A stretch of DNA of 64,000 nucleotides from Phoronis australis. Taxonomy: Eukaryota > Animalia > Phoronida. Both the position numbers and the translations under genes were made by a program. Positions 62,701 to 64,000 of this stretch are shown here, one piece after another (within the stretch, counting starts at the first letter, position 1; every line of letters starts with the position of its first letter). The notes beneath the pieces are model-generated. The model saw only the letters and a program-made list of their open reading frames with translations. It was not told the origin of the DNA and ran no database searches. Where the stretch lies: NCBI GenBank assembly GCA_002633005.1, contig NMRA01000620.1, positions 1 to 64,000 of the forward strand. Reading direction: 5' to 3'.

Positions 62701-64000
62701 CAACGCTGCTTATCCGCGTTTTTCTGCAGTGTGTCGATTTCGCGCTCGACGGATGTACATATATTCCAGAGCGTTTTTGAATTTGGACAGGAGCCTGAAC
62801 ATCGAGGTGTGTTTAGATGATGATGACATTTCTGCTACTGTAAAAGTGGTTGAATTCCTAGATTTCTTCTCAACTACACAGTCTTGTCAGCTCACCTATG
62901 TCATATTCACAGACATTATTCCACATTTCATCGTGCTACATTAGGCTAAATTAAACGGGCACAGGAACAACTGATGGGATAGTGCCGAAATCCCAGCATT
63001 AAAAAGTCAAACATAAGCTTAAACTTAGTGAACAAAATGACAGTGTGTACAATTTAATGACGTGTCTGCCTCTTGAAAAAATATTTGGAAAGTTCAAGGT
63101 CTGTTTCGGGAGAGCCACCATGTACAAACTTGACAAATATTCGACACGAATGGGCCGGATGACATGTTATTTTCAATTAGATGCACTATACCTTTCGACA
63201 CTGAAATTAACTTTTCAACATGTAATTTGTGAGCAAAAGACGGTAAACAACCACACTACGTGCAAAATACCGGAGGAGATGGCGACCGCAGCGACCTCCC
63301 CTCCTAGCAATGACGGTAGTGATAAATGTGCAATTCTTGGCAGGGTTGAAAAATGATGTCGCTTAGCGCCGACACATTCAGCAATCCATGCAAGGAGAGC
63401 GGAGTTAAAAGCACATTTTTGACGAGAAAAGTAATTGGTACTAGCGCGGAAGCTATTCCACTGGTTCCGCAGTAGCTCCAGCAGCCATGTGATCTGTCGG
63501 AAACGCAAATCCAACGCGTTCAATATCACTTGTCTTTTTAATCGTATTTAAAAGGTTAAGACATCGGTTTCATATTTCAGTCGTCTTGCTGATTCATGAA
63601 ACCTTCAGGAGATATGAAATAGAACCATGCTACACCCCTCACATATCTCTACTTGCCTTGTTGGTTTCTTCTCTCGAACTATGGTTTCCTTACTCACTAA
63701 CATACTTCCATCTACAGTAGCTCTGGACTCACAGTCATTTTTCACCAGGTGAGTCCTCATGAACTAGCAGAGACTATTGGGGGTTCTTTTATTACGCAAA
63801 CCTTTCATGCGATCGTCGGTAATAAGTAACTCGTGCGTTTTAAGTGATTTAAGAGTGCATCGCTTCAAAAAACCTGACGTCTAACTAATGCCGGTCTTAT
63901 GACTATTTAGATCAGTAAAATGTCGAGGCACAGCACAAATGAGTGGAGGTACAGCTCAAGGGAGTGGAGGTGCTTCGTAAAGCATGTCTATGGACTCAAT

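Overview
Eukaryotic (animal) genomic DNA from a draft, gapped and apparently heterozygous assembly. It is AT-rich with GT-AG introns, and its repeat landscape resembles that of a marine invertebrate such as a lophotrochozoan (inference). Two host genes are supported, both on the minus strand. One is an intact single-coding-exon GT10 alpha-1,3/1,4-fucosyltransferase (466-1668). The other is the 3' eight coding exons of a hillarin/KY-like transglutaminase-fold protein (46843-53936), whose catalytic triad residues are substituted and whose N-terminus was not located. The ~45 kb between them is mostly transposon relics. A Tx1/L1-type LINE is split into four pieces by TTAA-specific (Kolobok-like) and 5-bp-TSD (hAT5-like) DNA elements. 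An AT-TSD (ISL2EU-like) mini-element encodes only a THAP domain, itself split by a 9-bp-TSD insertion, and a second copy is present beside an empty site. There are also several MITEs, a tRNA-derived SINE, a ~193-bp satellite, and a self-nested Helentron/DINE-like element whose ~145-bp core repeats each carry a co-oriented CTCF-like motif. No prokaryotic systems or CRISPR arrays were found. All calls were made by eye and coordinates may be off by a few bases.
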